Assembly (NCBI GenBank): GCA_964016885.1
Contig: OZ024741.1
Coordinates: forward strand, 357,368,001 to 357,432,000
From: Eledone cirrhosa
Lineage: Eukaryota
Reading direction: 5' to 3'
DNA length: 64,000 nucleotides
Every line of letters begins with the position of its first letter. The stretch's first letter is position 1. The position numbers and the translations under genes were made by a program. Positions 40,693-53,444 of the stretch are shown here, piece after piece. The notes under the pieces are model-generated. The model was not told the origin of the DNA, searched no databases, and saw nothing but the letters and a program-made list of their open reading frames with translations.

Positions 40693-41162
40693 AGTGTGTT
40701 TGTACATCCATGTATATGTGCTTATGTGTCTGTGTGTTTGTACGTCTGTGCCTGTGTGCTTGTGTGTATGTGTTTGTGTGCCTGTGTGTTTGTGTGTCTG
40801 TATATGTTTCTGTATGTTGTGTCTGCGTGTGTTGTGTCTGTGTGAATTGTGCCTCTGTGTGTGTCTCTGTCTCTCTGTTTGTGTCTGTATGTGTTTGTCA
40901 GTGTATGTTTCTGTGTGGGTGTGTATGTGTTTCTGTGTCTGAATATCTCTGTGTGTGTTGTGTCTGGGTGTGTTTGTATGTGGGTGTCTGTTTGTGTCTG
41001 TGACTGTGTGTGTGTATTTGTCTGTGTATGTTTGTGTGTGGGTGTGTATGTGTTTGTGTGTCTGTGTGTTTGTGTGTCTGCGTGTTTGTGTGTCTGATTA
41101 TATCTGTGTGTGTTGTGTCTGGGTGTGTTTGTGTGTGGGTGTGTATGTTTGTGTGTGTGTGA
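40275..41162. repeat. (TG)n/(CT)n-derived low-complexity block with higher-order repeats
   Basis: Direct inspection. Confidence 0.9.
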
Positions 41163-41534
41163 CCAGAAACATATTTCCTTCATTAATATTCACATCAGCT
41201 AGCCTTCCAATGTATAGTATTGCCAGTAATGTTGTTATTTATCTGTATGTGCCAGTCTTTGTGTCTATAGCAATCATAATAATAATTGTTTCTTATTTAG
41301 GCACAAGGCCATCAATTTGGGGGGCAGGGGGATGGTAAAGTTGATTATATAGAACCCAGTATTTTACTGGTACTTTATTTTATCACCTTTGGAAGGATGA
41401 ATCGCAAAGTTGACCTCAGTGGAATTTGAAATCAGAACATAGAAAGTTCAAACTAAATACCACAAAACATTTTGTCTGATGCTCTACTGATTCTCCCAAT
41501 CCACTGCCCTTGTGTCTATAGTAATCCTTCCTTC

Positions 41535-41942
41535 CTTCTCATTTCATCCTCATATCTAAGGGTTGAGGGTCATGGACTTATGGACCAGCACTCTCCATCT
41601 TTTCCTGGCTCTAGCCATTGCCATACATTCTGCCAAACTCCTTCCTGCCCATTCCTTAATATCATCTGTCCATCTTCTTTTTTGCCATCCTCCTGCCATT
41701 TTCCCCTGAATTTGTCCCTCAAGGATGTAGGTAGTAAAATTTTTGTCCCTGATGATATGACTTAAATACTGAAGTTTCTTGTCCTTACTGTTTCAACCAA
41801 CTGTTGATTGGCACCAATCTCTTCCAGGACAGATTTATTTTTTTCTGTTATCTGTCCAGCTAATTCTAAGTGCAGCCTATAGCATGGCATTTCAAATGCA
41901 CTCAGTCGTTTAAAGTCAGATGTCTTTAAAGTCCATATGGCT
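41535..41942 (-). mobile_element. Old RTE LINE 3' fragment
   Basis: EAIWTLKTSDFKRLSAFEMPCYR...SVLEEIGANQQLVETVRTR...ILEGQIQGK. Confidence 0.7.
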
Positions 41943-42775
41943 TCTAATTTAGGCACATGGCCAGCATTTTGAGAGAAGGGAAAAATCAATTAAATCAACT
42001 CTACTACTTGACTGGTACTTTATTTTCTTGACTTTGGAAGGATAGAGGGAAAGTTGACCTTAGCGGGATTTGAACTCAAAATGTAAAGAGCCCTAACTAT
42101 ATGCTGCAAAGCATTTTGTCCTATGCTCTACATATACTGTCATTCCATTGCCCTTATGTAGTAATAGTTATTTCTACTTTTGGCACAAGGCCAGCAATTA
42201 TCCCAGTGCATTACTGGTACTTTATTTTATCGGCCCCATAAGGATGAAAGGCAAAGTTACCATCGGCGGGATTTGAACTCAGGCTGTAAAGGGACGTAAC
42301 TCTATGCCATAAAGCATGGCATCTGATCCTCTACCGATACTGCCAATCCTATTTTAGGCACAAGGCCAGCAAATTTGCAGGGGAGGGGAAAGTTGATTAA
42401 ATCAACCCCAGTGATTTACTGGTGCTTTAGTTACCAACCCCGTAAATATGAAAGGCAACGCTAACCTCAGTGGTATTTGAACTCAGAATGTAAAGGGCCG
42501 TAACTCTATGCTGTGAAGCATGTCCGACGCTCTACCAGTACTGTCAATCCACAGCCCTTAATAATATTAATGGCTTCTAATTTTGGCATAAGGTCAGCAA
42601 TTTAGCAGGGAAGGGAAGTCGATTATATCAATCACAGTACTTATCAGGTATTTTATGTTATTGAACCCTGAAAGGATAAATGGCAAAGTTGACTTTGGCA
42701 AGATTTGAACTCAGAATGTAAAGAGCCAAAACAAATACTTGCAAAGCATTTTGTTTAACACCAATCCACTGCCCT
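41940..42775 (-). mobile_element. Four head-to-tail Meta-domain SINEs
   Basis: Repeated ggcacaaggccagc...gaaaggcaaagtt...atttgaactca...gccaatcc units. Confidence 0.8.
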
Positions 42776-44697
42776 AAATAGTCCTAGAAATAATAATTTT
42801 AATAATTTCTTTCATTGACCTGAAGGGGGCTGTGATGTCGGGGAGAGTCTTAAAATTAAATACATAGGAAAATAAAAACAAAGTCACAGGGGATGGGATT
42901 TACATTGAGTAAGGTCGGAGGGTATTAATAACAATAAGGGTAACATTAACCCTTTTGTTACCATATTTTTAATGAAAGAGACTGCCTATGATTTTCAAAT
43001 CATTTTGAAAATAATCAAGAATTTGGAGGGATCAAGTAATATACCTTTTTCTGGTGTTTGGAACACAACTTAAAGTTCTTTACATAAAAGTATGAGGTAA
43101 AGTTTTGGATAAATATAAGCTCTTTAAAACAAACATATTTATATCATAGAAACTGGAGTGGTTAGGCACTTTTTTTTATCAACCCAGGTAGGATGAAAGG
43201 TAAAGTTTACCTCAGCAGGATTTGAACTCAGAATGTAAAGGAACATGATGATGATGATGAGGATGCTGTTGCTGCATAATCAAAGGCAAATCTTGTACAA
43301 GCAGACCTATGATTAAAATTTATTCCAGTTATGACCATCCCATCTTATTTTTCAGATGGAGTGTAACTAGAACAACAACCTTCAATGTTGTCTTTTCTGT
43401 TTTTAAGGTTACGATTTGAGGTAGATTTGGCTCCCATTTCTAGCAAGCTGAACGATCATGTTGATGATAGGGGATTAGTAGTAGGGTAGTTGTGGTTTTA
43501 ATGGTGGTGGTTGTGGTGGCAAAAATGGTGGTGGTGGTTATGATTGTACAAGTGGTGGTTGTGGTGATGGTTGTGGTGGTGATGGTTATGGTGGCAATAG
43601 TTGTGGTAATGCTGGTTGTGGTGGTGGTGGTGGTGGTGATAGTACTAGTCTTGAACTTGGTAACAATATTTACATGAAACAAAAAATAATATAAATTACT
43701 ATGTATACTTGTGTAAAAGTCGCATCTTTTTCTATAAATGTATGTGACTTATCTACTAGACCCATAAAATCTTAATTCAAAATAAATGTTACATTGTATG
43801 TATCTGAGTGTATCCAGTTTAGAATACAGACACTATATTCCTGTGTGTCATGTATGTATGGTCCCATAACTTCTAGTGAGAGTGAGGGTGGGAGCCATAG
43901 GGGTGCCGTATTCACATACAGTATTTCTAGTTCATTTTTTTAAAACCTGGCAGAACGCATCTCCTCCCCAGGTCTGAATACAGGATATTTCCTCCAGGGA
44001 AGGTTAAAGTGAGAGAATGGAACTGAGAAAGAAATATAGAAGAAGAATCGACCCCTGTATTAGACTGGTAATTTTTTCATTGACCTCGAATGGATGAAAG
44101 GCAAAGTTCACCATGGCAGGATTGAATTCAGAGTGCAGAGAGTCAAAACAAATACCACAAAGTATTCTATCTGATGTTCTAATGACTCTGTACCTGTGTA
44201 TCATAAGAGGTGACTAAAAGGGTTGGTGCTAAGAAGGGCATCCAGCCGTAAAACATTGTTTTAAAAAGGACCTCATGATGAGTATGAAACCTATTGTGGG
44301 GTTTTACATGGCTAACTCATGATTTAACAAGGAAATGGTCCTTAAAATGCTTGTTGTAGTTTTAGGCCTGTTGTATATAAAATGGAGGTGCAACCTATCA
44401 ACTAATGTCACTTTTACGGGAATATATACAGTCTATGAATTGTTTCCATAGGTTATTCTCATTTTCAGATTTATTAGTTTTACTATTTAATTGAAATACT
44501 AGTTTGATTTTCACCTTTAGAATATTTTAATACATGTAATATTTTTATAGTTTTCATATAAGCAATAAATTCAGAGTTTTGGTTTCCAATGTAATATATA
44601 CATATATATATGTATATATCATCATCATCATCATCTTCGTTTAACGTTCATCTTCCATGCTAGCATATGTATATATATATGTATACACATGTATATA

Positions 44698-45990
44698 CAG
44701 GGTGCGGATGATATTTGTTCGCAAGATTACTATCTAGGAAAAAATAACACAGTAGTTTTATTTTTTAAGATATATTTATCAAACTTGGGTCAGTTTGTCT
44801 TCATGACTTGTTCTTTCGATCTCACTCGATAAACCCGTCATTGGCTTTGATGACGGCCTCAAGGTGGCCTCGGGACCAGCTACAGGCCTTTGTCACTGAC
44901 CCCCGACTTAGGCCCCTAAAGCCACTTATGATCCTGGCCTTCAGATCGTCTTTCGTATTGCAGCTAGATCTGTTGGTGTCTCGTTCCACTGCGCCCCACA
45001 CAAAGAAGTTGAGGGGGTTGAAGTCAGGCGAGCTGGGAGGCCAGATGTCAGGTGAAGTGTGGTCGACGAAGTTCTCTGACAGCCAGGCTTGGGTCTTTCA
45101 GCTGGTATGGCAGGGTGCTGAGTCTTGCTGCCACATGTACGGCCCACCTGCAGCAACCTGGTCGATCCAGGGCTTTACTACCTCACTCAGAACGCGGATG
45201 TAGCCATCGGTGTTCAGCTTGAGGCCCTTAGGGAAGAAGTGAGGTGGCATGACGTCACCTTGACTGCTGACGACACCTAAGACCAATGTTGTCGCTGGAA
45301 ACTTTGTCTGCATGACTCTGGGCACGTCTTTAGATGAGACAGCGAGCCACCTGTTGTTCTGGGAGTTGATCTTTTGGTCTTGGCAGAAGTTTTTCTCATC
45401 GGAGAAAAACCACAGCATGTCTGGTCCCAGTGGGTGTTTCAACTTGTTGATCAGCTTCTTTGCGTGCTTCAGTCGCTTTTCTCGCATCGCCTTTGACAGA
45501 AATTGTCCTTTCCTCATCTTGTATGAAACGTAGTGAATGTCTTCATGTACCACCAGCCTAATGAGCTTTTCATCCACGCCTTTCTCCCTTGCAATGGCAC
45601 GCATCGACTTGCTAGGTTCATTGTTGATGATATCCTGAACTTCAGCGACGAACTCGGGCATTCTGAAGGGGTCAGATCATTGATCCTGTGTTTTGCTCTC
45701 TGATGTTGCTTCATAGTCGAATCCTGAATCTTCCAATTCCTTTCTGACCTTTTCCACCATTCTCCTGCTGACACTGAGATTTCCTTATTTGTCCTCCCGA
45801 TGCGGATTCCAAGAAGAACTCCGTGTCTCTTCCACAAATTTGGATGTTCAAAATTATTCCTAATCAATTATTCTGATAATAAATAATGGAAATATAGTCA
45901 CTGTTTTTATGAAGACAAGAGTGACAACGGAAGTAAAAAAATGTGCATAAAATTAGCAGTTGAAAATTGCGAACAAACATCGTCCACACC

Positions 45991-45993
<3 letters not shown>
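44698..45993 (-). mobile_element. Full-length Tc1/mariner element, DD37D (maT) family, inactivated
   Basis: ~27-bp TIRs cagggtgcggatgatatttgttcgcaa / ttgcgaacaaacatcgtccacaccctg with TA TSD; FFSDEKNF...QQDSAPCHTS*KTQAW...WPPSSPDFNPLN, 37 residues between the second D and the third position (D to N). Confidence 0.92.
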
Positions 45994-46030
<37 letters not shown>

Positions 46031-46089
46031 TTAAGAATTTATAAATTTTCCGTTGGTTGGTTCCACAACCGGACGATTGTTCATATATT

Positions 46090-46132
46090 GTCAAAGTTCT
46101 TTCGTCACACATTCTGTGACCTCTTCAGTGAC
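46090..46132 (-). ncRNA. Minimal type I hammerhead ribozyme in TA-flanked insert 46028-46280
   Basis: GUCA-CUGAAGA-G-GUCACA-GAAUG-UGUGAC-GAAA-GAAC-UU^UGAC. Confidence 0.72.
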
Positions 46133-46280
46133 TGGGGATTCTTTTCTTTGTTTTTGTGCCTCTCCTTTGTTCTGTCTTACGCCATCTTGTTTTTGTGTGT
46201 GTTGTGTGCTTAGCTTGTGCATCCGGGTGTCCGTGTGTGTTTATATTTGTTTATTTATTTGTTTATTTACATGTTACTGG

Positions 46281-46347
<67 letters not shown>

Positions 46348-46387
46348 CAGATGTGAGAAAAACCACAGACCCTCCATCTCAACTCTA

Positions 46388-46423
46388 CTTTTGAAAAGCA
46401 GAAGAACTGCGAAACTGGTAAAG
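46388..46423 (+). ncRNA. Decayed minimal hammerhead in TA-flanked insert 46347-46561
   Basis: ctt-TTGAAAA-gcag-aagaa-ctgc-GAAA-ctgg-TA-aag; two transitions away from CTGAAGA. Confidence 0.5.
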
Positions 46424-46675
46424 GAACCAAACAAATATATATATTTTTTTTAAAATAAGACTCCAGTTGCATTTTCGATTTCATCTTTTTATCTTTATAC
46501 TTTCACTCGTGTAGAACACCTCGGTTATTTTTCATTTTGTAAAAAAACCCTCACTTTCTAATATATATATATATATATAATAGTAGAACACTGGTGGGTT
46601 ATATCCGTAGTAGTAGAGCACTCAGTCCATGGGGCTAGTTTGGTAGAAGTAGTTCCATAACAGTTAGTTCACCAT

Positions 46676-46719
46676 ACCGAGAACAAATTGTTTCACCTTA
46701 TTCGGATCATCAGCTCGGT
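46676..46719 (-). ncRNA. Minimal type I hammerhead ribozyme in TA-flanked insert 46578-46722
   Basis: ACCGAG-CUGAUGA-UCCGAAUAAGGU-GAAA-CAAUUUG-UU^CUCGGU; perfect 6-bp stem I, weak stem II. Confidence 0.72.
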
Positions 46720-47434
46720 CTAATATATATATATATATATATATATTCACACACACACACATACATATATATATGTGTGTGTGTGTGTATATATTTATAT
46801 ATATATATGTACATATATATATATATATAAGCAAGGCAAGTTAATCATATTAATAATTTTAACATTATCTTTCCATTTATAATATTTCAAAGTCAACGGC
46901 ATTAATCTACAGACATATCTAACCCTTTCAAGCATGAAATTTATTGGACTGAAGATAACTTTTCTATAAATAGAATCTGATAGCATTGATTGAATATGTT
47001 GAGAAACAAATTCCATGAAAACAAATCTAATATTTTCTCTCTGAAAATATGTGAAAAAAATTGTTAAGTGGATGAAGTCAACTGGGTCTGAGATACTTGT
47101 GGTCATATATGTTTTTACATGGTTGGCCAGATTAGTCACCCATGAATTCATAGTCAGGCAGAAACTATAGTAAGTACATAACAATAGATTGCATAGCCTG
47201 CAATCCTCATGACAAATAAACATTAACATTATTCCACACATCAATATTGATTGATTTTTGCCAATGCAGACTATCATTTGTTACCTTAGATTCTGGACTT
47301 TGCCCTGTTTTAATGTTGTATTAATTAAGTGCTATTATATTGCTGCTGAATTGGGAATTTTTTATACACTTGTGTTGTAAATTCTTTTCTTGTAGCTTAG
47401 TGAACTGATTATTAAAATATTGGGAGATCATTAC

Positions 47435-47472
<38 letters not shown>

Positions 47473-47473
<1 letters not shown>

Positions 47474-50400
47474 CATCATCATCATCATCACCGCTTTACG
47501 TCCGTTCTTCCATGCTAGCATGGGTTAGACGGGTTGTCCTGTTGTGGGCAGTGTCTGGTCGGCTGACCATGCCTTGCTCATACAGGAACTGATCTGGCTT
47601 GATTTCTACAGCTGGATGCCCTTCCTAACACCAACCTCATTTACAGTGAGTGCTGAGTGCTTTTTCGTGGCGCCTACACGTCCACTTTACAGTGTGGGCT
47701 GGGTGCTTTTTTGCCATGGCACCTCCACGACCACCTTGCGGTGGGGGGAGTAGGGGCATATTGTTTATATGCTTCAGCATGTACCCATGGGAGGTCGGGT
47801 ACCCTGTATTACTGCGTGACGCCAGAAGTCACGGTCGTGTGTCATTGACTTTGAGAGGTGTAGTTGGGTAAGGTCGGCTTTTATCACCTCATCCCAAGTC
47901 ATCTTGGGTCTTCCCACTCCACGGTTTCCATCAACTTCTAGTGCTCTGCACCTTTTTATGCAGCTGTCATCCTTCATACGCATCACATGTCCATACCAGC
48001 ACAACCGCCTCTCCTGCACACAGCATTTGATTCCTCTTATGCTCAGTCTCTCTCTCAATTCATTTATGCTTTGTCGTTCACGTATATTACTGTTACACAT
48101 CCATCGGAGCATGCAGGCTTCGTTTCTCTCTAATCTACGTAAGTCTTCCACCTTCAGCGCCTAGGTCTCACTACCATGCAACATCGCTGTTCGGATACAC
48201 GCATCATACGGTCTGCCTTTCATTCTGAGGGAGAAGCCTTTTGCAGCTAGCAGTGGTAGTAGTTCCCTAAACTTCTTCCATCCCGTTCTTACCCTAGTTA
48301 TTGTACTTTCTGAACACCCACCTCCGTTGCTAATTCGGTCACCTAGGTAGCAGAAGCTGTCTACTGTTTCTACAGGGCCCTCCCAGAGATTGGTGGTACT
48401 TGTTTCCTGTGGCTGTTTGCTGCTTGCTGTCCCAGTACAGCTGCTGCATGTGAATCCTACATTCTTAATTAAGCTTCCTGAGATCCCGCTACATCTCTTG
48501 TGTACCCATTGTTTGCATTTGGGGCAGAGAATGGAGTTCCTACCTACACCTTTCCTACATACTGAGCAAGGCCATTTCCCTGAGGGGATCTGGGTTCTGT
48601 TTTCTCGTCTACTTACAAGGACCTTAGTCTTTGTCATGTTGACTTTGAGACCCTTTCTTTCTAGTCCCTGCTTCCAAGTTTGGAATTTATTCTCTAGTTC
48701 TACCATAGATTCAGCTATGAGTGCGAGGTCATCAGCATACAGGAGTTCCCATGGGCATCCGGTCTTAAACTCCTCCGTTATTGCCTGCAGGACTATGATG
48801 AACAGGAGAGGGCTAAGAACAGAGCCCTGGTGAACCCCAACCTGTACATTAAATTCCTCGCTATACTCATTGCTAATCCTAACTTTGCTGACTGCTCCCC
48901 TGTACATGGCTTGTACCGCTTTCACAAGCCATTCATCTACTCCTAGTTTTCTAAGAGCCCACCAGATTACAGCACGTGGAACTCTGTCAAAGGCTTTCTC
49001 AAGGTCGACAAATGCCAAGTAGAGTGGCTTACTTTTAGCTAGGTACTTTTCCTGTAATTGCTTCACAAGGAAGAGGGCATCAGTGGTGCCTCTTCCTGGT
49101 ACAAACCCAAATTGCATCTCGTCTATTTTCACCCGGTCCCTAATCAGCTGTGCTATAACTCTTTCTGTTACTTTCATGACCTGGTCCATCAACTTTATAC
49201 CTCTATAGTTTCCTCTATCTAGTGCATCGCCTTTACCTTTGTAGCAGTTGACAATGATGCTACTGCACCAATCTTTTGGTATGGCACCTTCTAGTATTAC
49301 CTGGTTAACGATACGTGTGGTTATAGTGTGACCTACAGACCCAGATGCCTTCAGCATCTCGGCAGCTATACCCGATGGACCGGTTGCCTTCCCCATCTTC
49401 ATATCTTTGATTGCCTTACTTACTACGCTGCTGCTGACTTGTACTGCTGGTCCCTCTATAGGGTCTACTTGGGGTAGGGTCTCTTCTTCCCATGCATTCT
49501 CCTCATTTAGTAATCTATCATAATGACTCTTCCATGCATCTTTCTTCTCAGCACTTGTGAGGGCAAGCTCACCTTTATCATTCCGGATACACTTCTCTCC
49601 AATGACATCACAACTATCTCTGACACACTGCCTTGCAATCTTGAATACCTCCTGTTTCTGGTCCTCATGTTGTAAAACCTGCTTGAATTTTCTATCCTCT
49701 GCTTCCCTCCTAGCTAAGTATACTTGTCGCCTAGCTTCCCTCTTGGTCTCTATGTAATGTACCCTGCTCTCCCCGTTCTTCCATTCTTTCCATGCCTGTC
49801 TCTTGGCCTTAACTGCTTCATCTACCTTATTGTTCCACCACCAAGTCACTCTCCTCCTGCTTGAGGTCTTACTCCAGCCACAGACCTCATCCGTCGCCTC
49901 TAGTAAATTATTTTTTAGGAACTCCCAGTTCTCTTCTACATTAAATGTCTCTATCTGTTCTTCTTTACTGTCGTAGGCGTTGAGTAAAATATCTTTAAAT
50001 CTGTTACTGGTTGAGGGGACTTTCAGCTTCCAGATCTTTCTTCTCCAGGTTGGCCTCTGTTTCCGGGTTCGTCTAGTTCTGACCGTGAGGTCGCTGACAA
50101 CTAAGCTATGTTGGGATGTACATTCCTCACTAGGGAAGGCTTTTGTGTTTACGACTGTCCATCTGTCACGTCCTCTGATGAGGATAAAATCTAACTGACT
50201 AGAGTGCTCCCCTGATCTATAGGTGATCAGGTGGTTGTCGGGTTTTTTAAAGTTTGTGTTACATATCGACATGTCATTGGCGTCGCAGAATTCTAGAAGT
50301 CTGAATCCTTCCTCATTCCTTGTGCCAACCCCATGGCCTCCATGTACTCTATTGAAGCCGTCGCAGTGTTTACCTACGTGTCCGTTAAAATCTCCTGCGA

Positions 50401-50648
50401 TGATTAGGAAGTCCTTGTCGTCTGTTAGAGCAGTAGTGTGCATTAGGGACTCGTAAAACCTATCCTTAAGTTCGTCTGGCAGCCCCGATTGGGGTGCGTA
50501 AGCTGATATTATTGTGGTAATTGTTTTATTCAGGACTAGTCTGAGTTTAATGATTCTTGCATTTACCCTGTACACTGAGATTACTTTATCTACCCACTTG
50601 TCAGCTAGTAGTATACCTACACCACCCATCCCATCGTCATTTCCCACT
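47473..50648 (-). mobile_element. Young RTE-clade LINE, 5'-truncated within the AP endonuclease
   Basis: GVGILL, SAYAPQ, GDFNGH, LDFIL and SQHSLV (APE) motifs; NYRGIKL, QFGF, FVDLEKAFDRV, HQGSVLSP and LYADD (RT) motifs; (ATG)n tail. Confidence 0.95.
47774..50645 (-). pseudogene. RTE APE-RT polyprotein with a PHD-like finger; single in-frame TAG at 48161-48163
   Basis: ORFs 48161-50704 and 47774-48151 are the same frame; the sister copy has TGG at 31850-31852. Confidence 0.9.
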
Positions 50649-50667
50649 ATATATATATATTTCCCAT

Positions 50668-50699
<32 letters not shown>

Positions 50700-50707
50700 C
50701 ACACACA

Positions 50708-53444
50708 TGCTATATCTATCTCTACCTATGCTCCCCAAGCGGGCCTAGGTAAAGAAGAGAAGGACTGCTTTTATGAGCAACTTCTAGAGACAACCACAAT
50801 GACAGAGGACAGAGACCTAGTTATACTAGCAGGTGACTTCAATGGTCATACTGGAGAGCTCCAGGATTGATACACTGTGGTACATGGTGGTCATGGTTAT
50901 GACTCAAGAAACGAAGAAGGAGTGAGGCTTCTTGAATTTTGTGATGCAAGTGAACTAACCATTTGTAACACTAACTTCAAGAGACTACCAACCACCAATA
51001 ACCTACCAATCAGGCGAGCACTTAAGCCAGATTGACTTCTTGCTAGTTAGGCAATGAGACAGACAGATGGTCTCAAATACTAAGGCATACCCTGGGGAAG
51101 AATGTACCCCCCAAACAGAGGTTAGTCATTAGTGACACCTCAATAAGCAAGAGACAAAATGAGACACACAGGAAGGTGTAAAAAAGGAAGGTCTGGAAGC
51201 TAAAAGACCTTTCACTAAAATATAAATTTAGGAAAGCCCTCCAAGATGTGTATGATGAAAAAGAAGACGAGTTAGAATCATATGACATAGATGCTAACTG
51301 GAATTTCTTCCACGATACGGAAGAAGGGTGACCTGGTGGTGGAACAGCATGGTAGATAGAGCCATTAAAGACAAAAGACTAGCATCGAAGGCTTGAAAAA
51401 ATAGTGGGAGTAGAGACCGATACTCAGCTGCTAAAAGAGAGGTTAGATGTCAAGTGTACTTAGCATGCAGGGAAGCTGAGAGTAGGAGGTTTGCCAATGT
51501 TCTGCGACGAGAAGATCAAACATATGTGATGTTCCACATTGCAAGGCAGTATGTCAGTGTAAATCAGGATGTTGTTGGAGATAAGTGTGTCTGAAATAAT
51601 GCTGGTGCACTTAGTGTCACTGATGCTCAGAAAACAGAGGCCTGGAAATGTCATTATGAGAGACTGATGAATGTTGAGAATGAGAGGGAGAGAGAGAAAC
51701 TATCTCTAGTAGACCCAGCAGAGGGACCAGCTATTGATATTGATGACTATATGGTCAAAGAGGCAATTAAGGAAATGAAGAATGGTAAGGTTGCTGGACC
51801 ATCAGGAATAATTGCTGAGATGCTGAAGGCATCAGGAGAAGTAGAAACTAAACTGGTTGCACGCATCATCAATCAAGCTATATATGGCGGAGTCATACCC
51901 AAAGACTGGTGCAGCAGTAGTCTTATAAATTGTTACAAAGGTAAAGTGAATGCTCTGGAAAGGAGCAATTATAGGGGCATAAAACTGATGGATCAGGTTA
52001 TGAAAGTGTCAGAAAGAATACTAGTGCAACTAATTAGAGAAATGATCAATTTAGATGAGATGCAGTTTGGTTTTGTGCCTGGAAAAAGTACAATAGATGC
52101 CCTCTTCTTAGTGAGACAACTACAAGAGAGGTTCTTCGAAAAGAATAAGCCACTATACTTAGCCTTTGTTGACCTAGAGAAGGCCTTCGATAGAGTACTC
52201 CGATCTGTTATCTGGTGGTCCCTAAGGAAACTAGGTGTAGAGGAATGGCTTGTGAAGACAGTGCAAACTATGTACAGAGGTGCTGTCAGTAAAGAGAGAG
52301 TAGGAATGGAGTGAGGAATGGAGTGAGGAATTCCAGATACAAGTAGGAGTACATCAGGGTTCGGTCCTCAGCCCACTCTTGTTCATTATAGTTCTCCAAG
52401 GCATAAGAGAGGAGTTTAAGACTGGCTGCCCATGGGAACTTCTCTATGCTGACGATCTGGTACTTATAGCAGAATCAGTAGAGGAGCTAGAGAATAAATT
52501 CTGGCTATGGAAACAGCAGTTGGAATCAAGAGGACTGAGAGTGAACCTAGCTAAGACAAAAATGTTGATGAGTAGAAAAGAGGACAAAACTCTGATTCTG
52601 TCAGGGAGATGGCCATGTTCGATATGTAGAAAAGGAGTTGGCATAAATTCTATAGAATGTACACAATGTAGATCTAGGGTACACAAGAGATGTAGTGGGA
52701 TAGTAGACAAACTAACAGGCAGGGAAAACTACATATGCAGTAGATGTTCAGGGAAATTTGACAGTAGAAGTCGCAGTGATAGACACATTTTTCAAATGCA
52801 GGTAGGATCTATAGAGGTGGTTGATAGCTTCCGATACCTAGGTGATCAGATTAACAATGGAGGAGGGTGTTCCAAGACCATAGTATCTAGAATAAGGATG
52901 GGTTGGAAGAAGATTAGGGAGCTGCTTCCTCTGCTGACAAAGGAGGGTTTCTCCCTATGAACGAAAGCCAGTTATATGATGCCTGTGTGAGATGCGCGAT
53001 GCTGCATGGTAGTGAGACATGGGCAGCAACTGCGGAGGATATGCGATGGCTGGAGAGAAATGAAGCAAGCATGCTCTGATGGATGTGCAATGTCAATGTG
53101 CATGAACGACCAAGCATAGATGAGTTGAGAGAGAAACTGTGTTTGAGAGGGATAGAATGTAGTGTGCGAGAGAGGAGACTGAGTTGGTATGGGCATGTGA
53201 TGCACATGGAGAATGACTGCTGGGTAAAGAAGTGCCAAGAAATCCAGTGGAAGGAAGACGCAGTAGAGGAAGACCACGAAAATCATGGGCGGAGGTGGTG
53301 AGAGCAGACCTCAGATTGCTGAAACTCACCAAGGAGATGATAAAGGACCGCAATGAATGGACAGATGCTGTGCTGAATAGGATCCGTCCCACTCTTGCGA
53401 GCAGGGAAAAGCAGACATAAAATGATGATATGATGATGATGATG

